Notes: a model not told the origin generated them from the letters alone. DNA of 64,000 nucleotides from a candidate division WOR-3 bacterium (GCA_039804205.1 JBDRZY010000001.1:354595-418594), one strand, 5' to 3'. Positions 1-10,344 are shown, numbered from the stretch's first letter. Numbers and translations are program-made.

Positions 1-1
1 T

Positions 2-1291
2 GTTTCAATCGAGCAGAAGGGTAACAAATTGGTATTGGGTGTTCATATTGCAGATGTTTCTTATTTTGTAAAGGAGAACAATCCGATAGATAATGAGGCC
101 TTCAAAAGGGGAACGAGTGTATACCTTGTTTCAAGAGCCGTTCCGATGTTACCTGAAAAGTTATCAAACGATATCTGTTCTTTGAGACCTTACGAGGAAA
201 GGTATACTATAACCTGTGAGGTGACATTCAACAGTAACTATGATATAGAAACTTACAACATATTTCCATCTGTTATAAAGAGTAAAAGAAGGTTTACATA
301 TGAAGAGGTAGAAGAGATTTTAAAATCAAAAAAAGAGGATGAATTTTACACTGATCTTGTGCTGATGGAAAAACTTTCAAACGAGATATCAAAAAAAGCG
401 TTTTCTGAAGGAAGAATGGATTTTGATATTCCAGAGGTTGAAATTCTTATCGATGATGCTGGAAACATTAAAAATATAAAAGAGAAAAAAAGGCTGACTT
501 CCCATAAAATCATTGAAAATTTCATGATAACAGCCAACAATCTAATATCAACCTTTCTTACAAATAATACAAGAATAACAATCTATAGAATTCATGAAGA
601 GCCAGACATAGAAAAACTTTATCAGTTAAAAGATGTTTTAAAAGAGTATGGAATAAAGATAAAAAAGTTCGATGGTAAAGAATTACAGAGTATTCTCGAA
701 AAGAGTAAAAACAGTGATGTTGGATTCATCGTAAGAGAACTTATATTAAGATCTATGATGAAGGCAAAATATACTACTAAAAACTACGGACACTATGGAC
801 TCGGTTTAAAATATTACACACACTTCACTTCTCCTATACGAAGGTATCCCGATCTTATAGTGCATCGACAGTTGAGAAAAGTTATCGAAGGAAAACCCTT
901 TGACTCTGCAGATCTTGAAGTGATTGCAAAACATTCGACAGAACGGGAAATCGCAGCAGAGAAGGCAGAAAGAAACGCTTACGATGTTGCAAAACTCTAT
1001 TATCTCAAAGAACATCAGAAAAAGAATTATGAGGGTGTGATAACATCTGTCACACCTTTCGGTCTGTTTATACAGATAAAAGATCTCTTTATCGATGGGC
1101 TTGTAAGATACAGGGATATAGAGGATGATTATTACCATGTGTGTGATGATGAGATTTCAATATATGGAGTAAACACAAAAAAAATAATAACTATAGGTGA
1201 TAAGGTTTTGGTTAAGATTTTAAACATAGTACCAGAAAGGATGATACTTGATCTAAAAATAGAAAAAATTATAAAGAGAAAAAATAAGTGA
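2..1291 (+). CDS. rnr: Ribonuclease R, C-terminal part (RNB + S1 domains); 5'-truncated by window edge
   Basis: VHIADVS, RGTSVY, HYGL..YTHFTSPIRRYPD motifs and C-terminal S1 domain; frame open from position 2. Confidence 0.93.
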   Translation, partial: VSIEQKGNKLVLGVHIADVSYFVKENNPIDNEAFKRGTSVYLVSRAVPMLPEKLSNDICSLRPYEERYTITCEVTFNSNYDIETYNIFPSVIKSKRRFTYEEVEEILKSKKEDEFYTDLVLMEKLSNEISKKAFSEGRMDFDIPEVEILIDDAGNIKNIKEKKRLTSHKIIENFMITANNLISTFLTNNTRITIYRIHEEPDIEKLYQLKDVLKEYGIKIKKFDGKELQSILEKSKNSDVGFIVRELILRSMMKAKYTTKNYGHYGLGLKYYTHFTSPIRRYPDLIVHRQLRKVIEGKPFDSADLEVIAKHSTEREIAAEKAERNAYDVAKLYYLKEHQKKNYEGVITSVTPFGLFIQIKDLFIDGLVRYRDIEDDYYHVCDDEISIYGVNTKKIITIGDKVLVKILNIVPERMILDLKIEKIIKRKNK

Positions 1292-1301
1292 TGGAGGAAA
1301 G

Positions 1302-2744
1302 ATGAAAGAAGGATTAACTTTTGATGATGTTTTACTTGTTCCCAAATATTCTGAAATTTTACCGAAAGATGTAATTTTAAAAACGAACCTTACAAAAAAT
1401 ATTTCCTTGAACATACCGATAATTTCTGCTGCAATGGATACTGTTACAGAAAGTGCTATGGCTATTGAAATGGCAAAGGAAGGTGGATTGGGAATAATCC
1501 ATAAAAACATGAGTATAAAGGAACAGGCTGAAGAGGTAAAAAGGGTAAAAAGATATGAATCGGGTATGATACAGGATCCCTTAACACTCTCTCCTGATAA
1601 TACTATCGGTGATGCTAAAAAATATATGAAAGAGTATAACCTGTCCGGACTTCCGGTTGTTGATGAAAGAAAACGGCTTGTTGGGATATTGACAAAAAGG
1701 GATATTCTATTTGAAGAGAATATGAATGTGCTTGTAAAAGATCGAATGACTTCAAAAGATCTTGTTGTGGCAAAAAAAGGTATAACTCTAAAAAAAGCAA
1801 AAGAAATATTTAGAGAGAAAAGGATTGAGAAATTACCAGTTGTTGATGATAATAACCATCTCATCGGATTGATCACAATAAAAGATATTTTAAATCTTGT
1901 TGAACATCCACTTGCATGTAAAGATAAACTTGGAAGATTGAGAGTGGGTGCTGCAATCGGTGTTTCTTCAGATTCGATTGAAAGAGCAGAAAAACTCATA
2001 GATGCTGGAGTTGATCTGATCGTTATAGATTCTGCTCATGGTGATTCGAAAAATGTGATTTTAAAAGTTAAAGAGATCAAAAAAAGATTCAAAATAGATG
2101 TTATTGCAGGAAATGTTGCAACAAAAGAAGGTGCAAAACACCTGATCGATGCTGGAGTTGATGGAGTAAAAGTTGGAATAGGCCCTGGTTCTATATGTAC
2201 CACAAGGGTTATCGCAGGTGTTGGAGTGCCACAGTTAACTGCAATTATGGAAGTTAAAAGTGTTACCTCACCCAAGAATATACCACTTATCGCTGATGGT
2301 GGAATCGTTTATTCTGGAGATATTGTAAAAGCTCTTGCAGCAGGTGCTGATGTTGTAATGATCGGGGGACTGCTCGCTGGAACCGATGAGGCACCGGGAG
2401 AGACAGTTATAATGGATGGCAGGAAGTTTAAAGTTTATAGAGGAATGGGTTCAATAGATGCAATGATGGCTGGTTCAAAGGATAGATATTTCCAGGAAGA
2501 AGCGCAAAAACTTGTGCCTGAAGGAATAGTTGCAAGAGTGCCATATAAAGGGAAAGTTTCAGAAGTTTTATTTCAACTTGTTGGTGGTATAAGATCTGGA
2601 ATGGGATACTGTGGTACTAAAACGATAAAAGATCTTCAAAAGAATGCTGAATTCATAAAAATATCTTACTCTTCTGTTAAAGAAAACCATCCACATAATG
2701 TGATAATTTCAAAAGAAGCACCAAACTATGAAGGTCCAAAGTAA
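1302..2744 (+). CDS. guaB: IMP dehydrogenase (with CBS pair)
   Basis: [21 protein letters not shown] catalytic Cys loop, ADGG, YRGMGS; SD GGAGG. Confidence 0.98.
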   Translation: MKEGLTFDDVLLVPKYSEILPKDVILKTNLTKNISLNIPIISAAMDTVTESAMAIEMAKEGGLGIIHKNMSIKEQAEEVKRVKRYESGMIQDPLTLSPDNTIGDAKKYMKEYNLSGLPVVDERKRLVGILTKRDILFEENMNVLVKDRMTSKDLVVAKKGITLKKAKEIFREKRIEKLPVVDDNNHLIGLITIKDILNLVEHPLACKDKLGRLRVGAAIGVSSDSIERAEKLIDAGVDLIVIDSAHGDSKNVILKVKEIKKRFKIDVIAGNVATKEGAKHLIDAGVDGVKVGIGPGSICTTRVIAGVGVPQLTAIMEVKSVTSPKNIPLIADGGIVYSGDIVKALAAGADVVMIGGLLAGTDEAPGETVIMDGRKFKVYRGMGSIDAMMAGSKDRYFQEEAQKLVPEGIVARVPYKGKVSEVLFQLVGGIRSGMGYCGTKTIKDLQKNAEFIKISYSSVKENHPHNVIISKEAPNYEGPK

Positions 2745-3412
2745 TGGTTCTTAAAATCATTCTTTCTGTCCTTCCTTTTGTTATTTTGATAAGATATTTC
2801 TATTTGAGAGATAGAAAAGATAAAGAACCGTTGAGTATGATCCTTTTTTCTTTTATTTTTGGGATTTTTCTTGTTTTCCCTGCGATAGTAATCGAATCAA
2901 TATTTTCTGAAATTTTTGAAGTTTTGCAGATCAAACAGGTTTATAGAGCAGGTTTGAATGGCGGTATGGTTGAGGAAAGTTTAAAGTTTTTAACTTTCAT
3001 TTTTTTTATCTACAGGAATAAAAATTTTGATGAACCTTTTGATGCTATATTTTATTCTGTATTGATCTCTCTTGGATTTGCTTTCTTGGAAAATATTTTC
3101 TATATAACGAGTTACGGAATGGTTGTAGCGTTTACGAGACCTTTTACTGCAATTCCAGCACATGCGTTGTTTGGAACAGTTATGGGTTATTTTTTTATGA
3201 AGGCAAAATTTTTTCATGGTAAAGCGATAGTATACAGGATCTATATATTTTTGGCTCTGGTTATACCGGTATTTTTACATTTTATTTACAACTTTATAGT
3301 ATCTTTGAATTTGATCTTTGGAGAAATAGTGTTTGTTTTTTTAATAGTATATCTTGGCATTCTCATAGAGATTGCAAAAAAAAGTATGGATGAAAGTGAT
3401 CGTGTGGTTTAG
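2744..3412 (+). CDS. PrsW-family intramembrane glutamic protease
   Basis: D..DKEP, EESLK, GFAFLEN, PAHALF, LHFIYN motifs; multiple TM segments. Confidence 0.88.
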   Translation: MVLKIILSVLPFVILIRYFYLRDRKDKEPLSMILFSFIFGIFLVFPAIVIESIFSEIFEVLQIKQVYRAGLNGGMVEESLKFLTFIFFIYRNKNFDEPFDAIFYSVLISLGFAFLENIFYITSYGMVVAFTRPFTAIPAHALFGTVMGYFFMKAKFFHGKAIVYRIYIFLALVIPVFLHFIYNFIVSLNLIFGEIVFVFLIVYLGILIEIAKKSMDESDRVV

Positions 3413-3414
3413 AA

Positions 3415-3442
3415 TTGACAGATAGATTTTTTTAGTTAAAAT
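3415..3442 (+). promoter_or_regulatory. Sigma70-type promoter of the hydrogenase maturation operon
   Basis: TTGACA-16 nt-TAAAAT. Confidence 0.7.
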
Positions 3443-3450
3443 AATAATAT

Positions 3451-3522
3451 CTGAGGTGATGGAAAATTCCAAAAACCGAGGAATCAAAAAAACTGAGGAC
3501 AAGAAAAATTCGAGTCCGAGGA
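3451..3522 (+). promoter_or_regulatory. Tandem duplicated 5'-leader motif, candidate cis-regulatory RNA
   Basis: Two units CTGAGG..GAAAA(A)TTC..CCGAGGA at 3451-3482 and 3493-3522; second unit overlaps the SD. Confidence 0.55.
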
Positions 3523-3528
3523 GAAAAA

Positions 3529-3813
3529 ATGGAAGAACAAAAAAAAGATGATTTGAGGATTGGGGTAATAGGTATTATTATTGAAAACAGGCTGGAACAA
3601 TCCCAGAATGTAAACCGTATATTAACAGATTATGGTTATATCATCAGAGGAAGGATGGGTATCCCTAACATTGGAGAAAATTTTTGTGCGATATCCCTAA
3701 TAGTCGAAGGAACAAATGATGATATTGGAGCAATGACCGGAAAACTGGGAAGGTTAAAAGGTGTAAAAGTTTCGTCAACTTTGATAAAAAAGGAGAAAAA
3801 ATGGAACAGTTAA
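3529..3813 (+). CDS. TM1266-family iron-only hydrogenase system putative regulator (ACT-like fold)
   Basis: RIGVIGIII, VNRIL..Y..IIRGRMGIP, IGAMTGKLGRL pattern; immediately upstream of hydG. Confidence 0.88.
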   Translation: MEEQKKDDLRIGVIGIIIENRLEQSQNVNRILTDYGYIIRGRMGIPNIGENFCAISLIVEGTNDDIGAMTGKLGRLKGVKVSSTLIKKEKKWNS

Positions 3814-5198
3814 AAGATTTTATAGATCAGGAATATCTTGATCGTTTAATAAAAGAGAATAGAAAACCTTCAAGGAGCGAAGTTCTTGAAGTGTTGAAAA
3901 AAGGAGAAGAGAAAAAAGGACTTTCAGTTGAGGATGTTTTTGTTCTTTTACAGAACGATGATGAAGAGTTGAAAGAAAAAATGTTTTCACTCGCTTTAAA
4001 AATAAAAGAAGAGATTTATGGAAACCGTCTTGTAATCTTTGCTCCACTTTATGTTACAAATGTTTGTGGCAATATATGTGCTTATTGTGGTTTTCGTGCT
4101 GATAATAAAGATTTGAACAGAAGAACATTAACGATGGATGAGATCAAAGAAGAGGTGAAAATATTAGAAGATGAAGGGCACAAAAGGATTTTGATGGTTT
4201 ACGGTGAACATCCGCAATTTAAATCTGATTGGATAAAGGAAACCATACTTGCGGCTTACTCTGTTAAATCAAAAAATGGAGAGATCAGAAGAATAAATGT
4301 TAATGTTGCTCCCATGGATGTTGAGGATTTTAAAATTTTGAAAAGTTCAGGTATTGGAACATACCAGTGTTTCCAGGAAACATACCATCGAAAAACTTAT
4401 GAAAAGGTTCATCTGGGTGGAAAAAAGCGGGATTACCTTTACAGATTATATGCTCTTGACAGAGCTCAGGAAGCTGGAATAGATGATGTTGCCATGGGAG
4501 TGTTGTTTGGACTTTACGATTACAGGTTTGAGGTGATGGCTTTGATTCAACATGCTGAGCATCTTGAAAAAGTTTTTGGTATTGGACCACATACGATTTC
4601 CTTTCCACGAATTGAACCTGCACTGGGTGCACCACTTTCAGAACATCCCCCTGTTGAAATAACAAACGATGATTTTAAAAAGATCGTAGCGGTGCTCAGG
4701 ATTGCTGTTCCATATACGGGACTTATTCTTTCAACAAGAGAAACAGCTGATTTCAGAAGGGAACTTTTCAAACTCGGTGTCTCACAGATAAGTGCTGGAT
4801 CAAGGACATATCCTGGTGCTTACCATGATGCTTTATGTAACAAACCTGATATGCAACAGTTCACAATCGGAGATACACGTTCACTTGATGAGGTCATTCA
4901 GGATATAGCATCACATGGTTATATTCCTTCGTTCTGCACTTCCTGTTACAGAAGTGGGAGAACAGGTGCACATTTTATGAGTGAAGCAAAGGGTGGACAT
5001 ATACATACATTCTGTCAGCCGAACGCACTTTTGACTTTTATCGAATACCTTGAAGATTATGCATCTGAAAAAACAAAAGAAATAGGATACAAACTTGTTG
5101 ATGAAGAGATATCAAAAATGGATGATTCTCCATTGAAGAAGAAGTTTTTGGAAAAGGTAAAAAAAACCAAAGAGGGAAAAAGGGATCTTTACTTTTAG
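3801..5198 (+). CDS. hydG: [FeFe]-hydrogenase H-cluster radical SAM maturase HydG
   Basis: FAPLY, CxxxCxxC (CGNICAYC), FQETY, C-terminal CTSC-x22-C second-cluster motif. Confidence 0.96.
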   Translation: MEQLKDFIDQEYLDRLIKENRKPSRSEVLEVLKKGEEKKGLSVEDVFVLLQNDDEELKEKMFSLALKIKEEIYGNRLVIFAPLYVTNVCGNICAYCGFRADNKDLNRRTLTMDEIKEEVKILEDEGHKRILMVYGEHPQFKSDWIKETILAAYSVKSKNGEIRRINVNVAPMDVEDFKILKSSGIGTYQCFQETYHRKTYEKVHLGGKKRDYLYRLYALDRAQEAGIDDVAMGVLFGLYDYRFEVMALIQHAEHLEKVFGIGPHTISFPRIEPALGAPLSEHPPVEITNDDFKKIVAVLRIAVPYTGLILSTRETADFRRELFKLGVSQISAGSRTYPGAYHDALCNKPDMQQFTIGDTRSLDEVIQDIASHGYIPSFCTSCYRSGRTGAHFMSEAKGGHIHTFCQPNALLTFIEYLEDYASEKTKEIGYKLVDEEISKMDDSPLKKKFLEKVKKTKEGKRDLYF

Positions 5199-5207
5199 AG
5201 GTTTTCT

Positions 5208-6443
5208 ATGAAAAAAGAATTACTTTCGATGGCTCCCCACATAGGGATTTTTGGTAAGAGAAATGTTGGAAAATCATCTCTGATCAACAGTTTAACCGGA
5301 CAAAAGATCGCTATAGTTTCAGATATCCCTGGAACAACAACCGATCCTGTTGGAAAAAGGATGGAAATTTTACCACTTGGTCCGGTTTACATTGTTGATA
5401 CTGCCGGGATAGATGATGAGGGTGAACTCGGAAAAGAGAGGGTTAAGAAATCTCTTGAGGTTTTAGGAAAAACTGACCTTATTATCCTTGTTTCAACATA
5501 TTCTACTTTTAATGAGTTTGATAAGGATTTCATAAAGAAAATGAAAGAAAAAGGAGAGAAGATACTTGTTGTTTTTTCAAAAATGGATATCGAAAAAAGG
5601 GATCAAAATATTTTAAACTGGATAATCGGTGAAAAACTCGAATATATTGAAGTTTCTTCTTCAACCGGAGAGAATATTTTAAAATTGAGAGAAAAGATCG
5701 CATCCCTGTTAAGAGAGGTTATCACATCCGATATAATAATCAGAGATATTGTTGGCAAGGATGATATAATAGTACAGGTTATACCGATAGATTCTGCTGC
5801 TCCGAAAGGTAGAGTTATACTTCCACAGGAACAGGTGTTAAGGGATGCTCTTGATGCAAACTCAATATCCATTGTTGTTCAGCATACTGAACTTGAGCAG
5901 AGTTTGAAAATTTTGAATAAAAAACCAAAACTCGTGATAACCGACTCTCAGGTTGTTGATTATGTTGCAAAAGTTGTTCCGGAAGATATTGATATCACAA
6001 CCTATTCAATAGTTTTCTCAAGGTTGAAAGGGGATTTGATAGAATATGTGAGAGGTCTTAAGGTTCTAAAAGAGTTGAAGGATGGTGATAAAATTTTTAT
6101 CGCTGAAGCGTGTACTCACCATCCACAACCGGATGATATCGGAAGGTATAAACTTCCCAAATGGATCGAAAATTATACAGGAAAAAAGTTGAATTTTGTG
6201 ATGAATCCTGGAATAATGATACATCAGAATCTTGAAGGGTCAAAACTTGTTATTCTCTGTGGAAGTTGTATGGTTAACAGAAAGGAAGTCCTATCAAGGA
6301 TAGCAAAAGCGAAAGAGCAGAACATACCTGTTACAAATTATGGTGTTATAATCTCTCATATACATAACGCTTTAAAAAGAACTATAAGGGTTTTTGATGA
6401 TGTTTACAGGGAGTATATAAATATTTTCCCGGAGAACAGATGA
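5208..6443 (+). CDS. hydF: [FeFe]-hydrogenase maturation GTPase HydF
   Basis: GKRNVGKS, GTTTDPV, DTAG, APKGRVILPQ, EACTHH...CGSC. Confidence 0.96.
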   Translation: MKKELLSMAPHIGIFGKRNVGKSSLINSLTGQKIAIVSDIPGTTTDPVGKRMEILPLGPVYIVDTAGIDDEGELGKERVKKSLEVLGKTDLIILVSTYSTFNEFDKDFIKKMKEKGEKILVVFSKMDIEKRDQNILNWIIGEKLEYIEVSSSTGENILKLREKIASLLREVITSDIIIRDIVGKDDIIVQVIPIDSAAPKGRVILPQEQVLRDALDANSISIVVQHTELEQSLKILNKKPKLVITDSQVVDYVAKVVPEDIDITTYSIVFSRLKGDLIEYVRGLKVLKELKDGDKIFIAEACTHHPQPDDIGRYKLPKWIENYTGKKLNFVMNPGIMIHQNLEGSKLVILCGSCMVNRKEVLSRIAKAKEQNIPVTNYGVIISHIHNALKRTIRVFDDVYREYINIFPENR

Positions 6444-7465
6444 AAGATTATACATTAGAGCAACTATCACTACTTTTAAAAAGTAAAGGAGATGATTCGT
6501 TATTACTTCGAGAGAAAGCGAACATATTAACTGAAAAGATCTATGGTAAAAATGTTTATTTAAGAGGTATCATCGAGTTTTCAAATCTATGTAAAAAGGA
6601 TTGTTTGTATTGTGGAATAAGAAAAAGTAACAATAAAATTTCAAGGTATACTATCGAAAAGGAACGGATAAAGGATTTGATAAAAAAAAGTTATGAAGAT
6701 GGTTTTCGGACAATTGTTTTACAGAGTGGAGAAGTTGATCTATACGATAAGGATATAACTGAGATAATCGAATACACAAAAAAAAATTTTGATATGGCAA
6801 TAACCCTCTCGGTTGGTGAAAGAAGAAGAGAAAAATATTATGAGTGGAAAAGAGCAGGTGCGGATAGATTCCTTTTAAGGATAGAAACGACCAATAGAGA
6901 ACTTTTTAAAAAATTGCATCCTGATGATGATTTCGATGTAAGGTTAGAAGCACTTTTAACTTTAAAGGAACTGGGTTACGAAACGGGAACAGGAGTCATG
7001 ATAGGTCTTCCGGGGCAAACATTCGATGATCTTGCAAAGGATATTATGTTTTTTAAGATGTATGATTTTGATATGCTTGGAGTTGGTCCTTTCATCCCTC
7101 ATCACCAGACACCTTTGAAAAATGAGAGACCACCTGATTTTGAACTTGTTTTAAACTTTATCGCACTGTTAAGATTGGTCACGATCAACACAAATATTCC
7201 AGCAACAACTTCTATGGCAACTCTTGATAAGGAGGGAAGAGAGAAGGCGTTAAACAGTGGGGCTAATGTTATAATGCCAAACTATACTCCACAGGAATAT
7301 AGAGAAAAATATCAACTCTACGATAACAAGATTTGTCTTAAGGAGGATGAAAGATCAACTTTGAAAATAACAGAGGAAACAGTCAAAAGAGCAGGTAAAA
7401 TACTTGTTAAAGAAAGAGGCGATAGAAGAGAAAAACTTGTAACAGATCTACCTTTCGATTTATAA
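6440..7465 (+). CDS. hydE: [FeFe]-hydrogenase radical SAM maturase HydE
   Basis: RGIIEFSN, CKKDCLYC, LLRIET, GANVIMPN, YQLY; in hydGF operon. Confidence 0.94.
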   Translation: MKDYTLEQLSLLLKSKGDDSLLLREKANILTEKIYGKNVYLRGIIEFSNLCKKDCLYCGIRKSNNKISRYTIEKERIKDLIKKSYEDGFRTIVLQSGEVDLYDKDITEIIEYTKKNFDMAITLSVGERRREKYYEWKRAGADRFLLRIETTNRELFKKLHPDDDFDVRLEALLTLKELGYETGTGVMIGLPGQTFDDLAKDIMFFKMYDFDMLGVGPFIPHHQTPLKNERPPDFELVLNFIALLRLVTINTNIPATTSMATLDKEGREKALNSGANVIMPNYTPQEYREKYQLYDNKICLKEDERSTLKITEETVKRAGKILVKERGDRREKLVTDLPFDL

Positions 7466-7469
7466 AATA

Positions 7470-7498
7470 TTTACATCTTATTTTTTTTTTGATATAAT
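7470..7498 (+). promoter_or_regulatory. Sigma70 promoter, probably leaderless
   Basis: TTTACA-17-TATAAT with TG extension; ATG 8 nt downstream, no SD. Confidence 0.65.
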
Positions 7499-7506
7499 AT
7501 TTTCCT

Positions 7507-8832
7507 ATGTACGAGATAATCATTGTTGGTTCAGGACCTGCTGGTCTTTTCGCTGCTTTAAATCTTGTTCAAAAGGGTAAAGATTCGATTCTCATTATCG
7601 ACAAAAATCCATTTCCTTCAGGTGGAATGTTGAACGATTGTAAGTTAAACCTTTCAACTGAAATCGGAATGGATCTTGATGAGTTAAAGATCACAAAAGA
7701 TAAAGCGAAAGAGTATATAGATTTTATAGATAAAACATTTTTGAGATTTGGGGCACCGGATCAGATATTCGGTGAAGACCAGACACTCTATAAAGAATGG
7801 GATGAAAGGGCAAAAAGAAACGATGTTGAATTTATCCCTGCTGTCCAAAGACACATAGGGACAGATCTTTCAAAAAATGTTATAAAAAACTTCAGAGATT
7901 TTCTTGAAAAAAATGGAGTGAAGTTCAAACTTTCAACTGAAATAGTCGATGTAAAAATTAAAGATAATATTTATATCCTTGAAACATCAAAGGGAGAGAG
8001 TTTTGAAGGAAAATATGTGATTCTAGCTCCTGGAAGAAGTGGTTCAAAATGGCTCAGGGAGATCTCTAACAGATTAAACATTTCCTATTCGAACGGTAAA
8101 AAGATAGATATAGGTATCAGGATCGAAATGAGAAAAGAATCGTATCCGATAACCGATGTGATCTATGATCCAAAGTTCAAGATAAGATCAAAATATGGAA
8201 ACATTTTAAGAACATTCTGTACAAATCCTGGTGGCAGGGTTACACTCGAAAGGTATGATGATTTCACTCTTGTAAATGGGGATGCTTTGAAAAGCAGTAA
8301 AACTGAAAATACAAATTTTGCACTTCTCGACACGATAATTTTGACTGAACCGTTAACAGATCCTTTTGTTTATGGAAGGTTGATAGCGATTTCAACAAAC
8401 ATACTTGGAAATGGTAAACCAATAGTTCAAAGAGTTGGTGATTTTCTTGATGAAAAAAGAAGCAAAGAGGAAACATTTTTCGATAAAACAAGATGGTTTG
8501 ATAGGGTGAAACCAACATTGAACACTGGAAAACTTGTAACACCCGGGGATATAAGAATGTCTTATCCATACAAGATAATTAAAGAGTTGAAAGAAGCACT
8601 GATAAAACTTAACAAAATTTTTGGAAACACGATTTTGAAAGAGGAGAACATAATATACGCACCTGAGGTGAAGTTCTATTCACTAGTTTACAACACAACC
8701 GAAACACTGGAAACGAATGTAAAAAATATTTTTGTTGCAGGTGATGGTGCTGGCAAATCGAGAGGTATAGTTGGAGCAGCTATATCCGGTATGATAGCAT
8801 CTGAAGGAATACTCAAAAATGAAAACTCTTAA
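7507..8832 (+). CDS. Uncharacterised FAD-dependent oxidoreductase (COG2509-like)
   Basis: GSGPAG Rossmann motif, RHIGTD, RTFCTNPGG, YAPEVKFY, GDGAG. Confidence 0.85.
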   Translation: MYEIIIVGSGPAGLFAALNLVQKGKDSILIIDKNPFPSGGMLNDCKLNLSTEIGMDLDELKITKDKAKEYIDFIDKTFLRFGAPDQIFGEDQTLYKEWDERAKRNDVEFIPAVQRHIGTDLSKNVIKNFRDFLEKNGVKFKLSTEIVDVKIKDNIYILETSKGESFEGKYVILAPGRSGSKWLREISNRLNISYSNGKKIDIGIRIEMRKESYPITDVIYDPKFKIRSKYGNILRTFCTNPGGRVTLERYDDFTLVNGDALKSSKTENTNFALLDTIILTEPLTDPFVYGRLIAISTNILGNGKPIVQRVGDFLDEKRSKEETFFDKTRWFDRVKPTLNTGKLVTPGDIRMSYPYKIIKELKEALIKLNKIFGNTILKEENIIYAPEVKFYSLVYNTTETLETNVKNIFVAGDGAGKSRGIVGAAISGMIASEGILKNENS

Positions 8833-9700
8833 AAACCATTTAAGATCTCTTTTTTTTGCTATAAGACCTTACGAAAATATTCAGCATTTTTTTATAACTG
8901 TTGCTGGTTTCATCTATGCTATATATAGATTGGGATTCCCCGAGTTGAGTTTCAAAGCACTTTTTGGAATTCTCGCTGTGTTCTCATTTTTATCTCAGGT
9001 TCTTTCATATAACAATTATGCAACATTTGAACTTGATTTGAAAGATGAGAAAAAGAAATTTGGGGAAAGGTTTAAAGGTGTTGATAAAAAGTTTCTTTTT
9101 TATATTTCTTCGTTCTTCTTTTTATCGAACATTTTCTTTTCTCTCTTTGTAAATCCCTATTTCACGATCTATTTTATTTTTCTTATGCTTGGCTGGATTC
9201 TCTATACACATCCACTCGTTATGTTTAAAAAGGGAGTTGTTTTCCCTTTTCTCCTTGATTTTTTAACAATGCCTTTTCTTGCAATATTTGGTTCCTATAT
9301 TTTCGGTTACTATTCTTTTGATCTCATCTTCTTTTCCCTGTTCTTTGGGCTCATAGAAATAGCGGGGCATATCAACCATTACAATGTTGATCATGAAGCG
9401 GATAAGGAAAGTGGTGTTTTTACAATCTCACATAGGTTGGGTCTTAAAGGTTCATTCATACTTTCCTCTTTGATGTTTTTTATTTCCTGTCTATACTTTT
9501 TGACGATATCGTTTTTCAAAGTGATTCCCATTTACACTGGAATTGCATTTTTACCTGGAATGTTTCTACAACTATATTACTTTATAAACATTTTAAAATC
9601 GAATATTGATTTTAATTTCCCGAGAAGTTTTAGAAGATTTTATCGTGTACTATATTTTCTTGAATCGGTTTATGTTGCTTTAACTTTATTATTTTTCTGA
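8819..9700 (+). CDS. UbiA-family prenyltransferase (degenerate first Asp-rich motif)
   Basis: IRP start motif, about 8 TMs, NNYATFELD and NHYNVDHEADKESG motifs. Confidence 0.7.
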   Translation: MKTLKNHLRSLFFAIRPYENIQHFFITVAGFIYAIYRLGFPELSFKALFGILAVFSFLSQVLSYNNYATFELDLKDEKKKFGERFKGVDKKFLFYISSFFFLSNIFFSLFVNPYFTIYFIFLMLGWILYTHPLVMFKKGVVFPFLLDFLTMPFLAIFGSYIFGYYSFDLIFFSLFFGLIEIAGHINHYNVDHEADKESGVFTISHRLGLKGSFILSSLMFFISCLYFLTISFFKVIPIYTGIAFLPGMFLQLYYFINILKSNIDFNFPRSFRRFYRVLYFLESVYVALTLLFF

Positions 9701-10341
9701 TGAAAAAAAAAGTTTTTATAAAGATTGTAAAAATTCTTTTAAATGAAACAAAAAAGTACAAAAAACCTGTTGTCGGTAAACTTTTTGAAAAAAGCACACC
9801 ATATAAAATTTTGATATCAACTTTGATCTCACTGAGAACCAAAGATAAAATAACTGAAGAGGTATCTTTGAACCTTTTCAAAGTTGCAGATACTCCTTAT
9901 AAAATGGTGAAACTTGAGAACAGTGAGATAGAAAACCTGATAAAAAAAGCAGGGTTTTATAGAAATAAAGCGAAGGTGATAAAAAATGTTTCTAAGATGA
10001 TTATAGATAAATATCATGGAAAGGTGCCGGATGATATGGAACAACTTTTGAAATTGAAGGGTGTCGGAAGAAAGACCGCCAACCTTGTACTATCTTTGGG
10101 TTACGGGAAAAAAGGTATATGTGTTGATACTCATGTTCATAGAATCTCAAATAGATTTGGAATAATAAAAACGAAAAATCCTTATGAAACTGAAATCGAA
10201 CTGATGAAAGTTTTACCTAGAAAATACTGGATAGTTTACAACGAATTGCTTGTTATATGGGGGCAGAATGTGTGCAGGCCCGTAAGACCAAAATGTGATG
10301 TTTGTGTATTGAATAAATACTGTGAAAAAATCGGTGTTTGA
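9700..10341 (+). CDS. nth: Endonuclease III
   Basis: HhH LKGVGRKTAN, VDTHVHR, C-x6-C-x2-C-x5-C FeS motif. Confidence 0.95.
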   Translation: MKKKVFIKIVKILLNETKKYKKPVVGKLFEKSTPYKILISTLISLRTKDKITEEVSLNLFKVADTPYKMVKLENSEIENLIKKAGFYRNKAKVIKNVSKMIIDKYHGKVPDDMEQLLKLKGVGRKTANLVLSLGYGKKGICVDTHVHRISNRFGIIKTKNPYETEIELMKVLPRKYWIVYNELLVIWGQNVCRPVRPKCDVCVLNKYCEKIGV

Positions 10342-10344
10342 TAG

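Noticed and set aside
1253-2275. Long antisense ORFs (248 aa, 79 aa) over guaB, and similar shadow ORFs over other genes
   Set aside because: They mirror conserved sense genes, with no SD, promoter or recognisable motif.
3451-3522. CRISPR array, hammerhead ribozyme or TPP riboswitch reading of the hyd leader repeat
   Set aside because: Only two degenerate units and no cas genes; it lacks the CUGAUGA/GAAA hammerhead core and the TPP aptamer's conserved segments.
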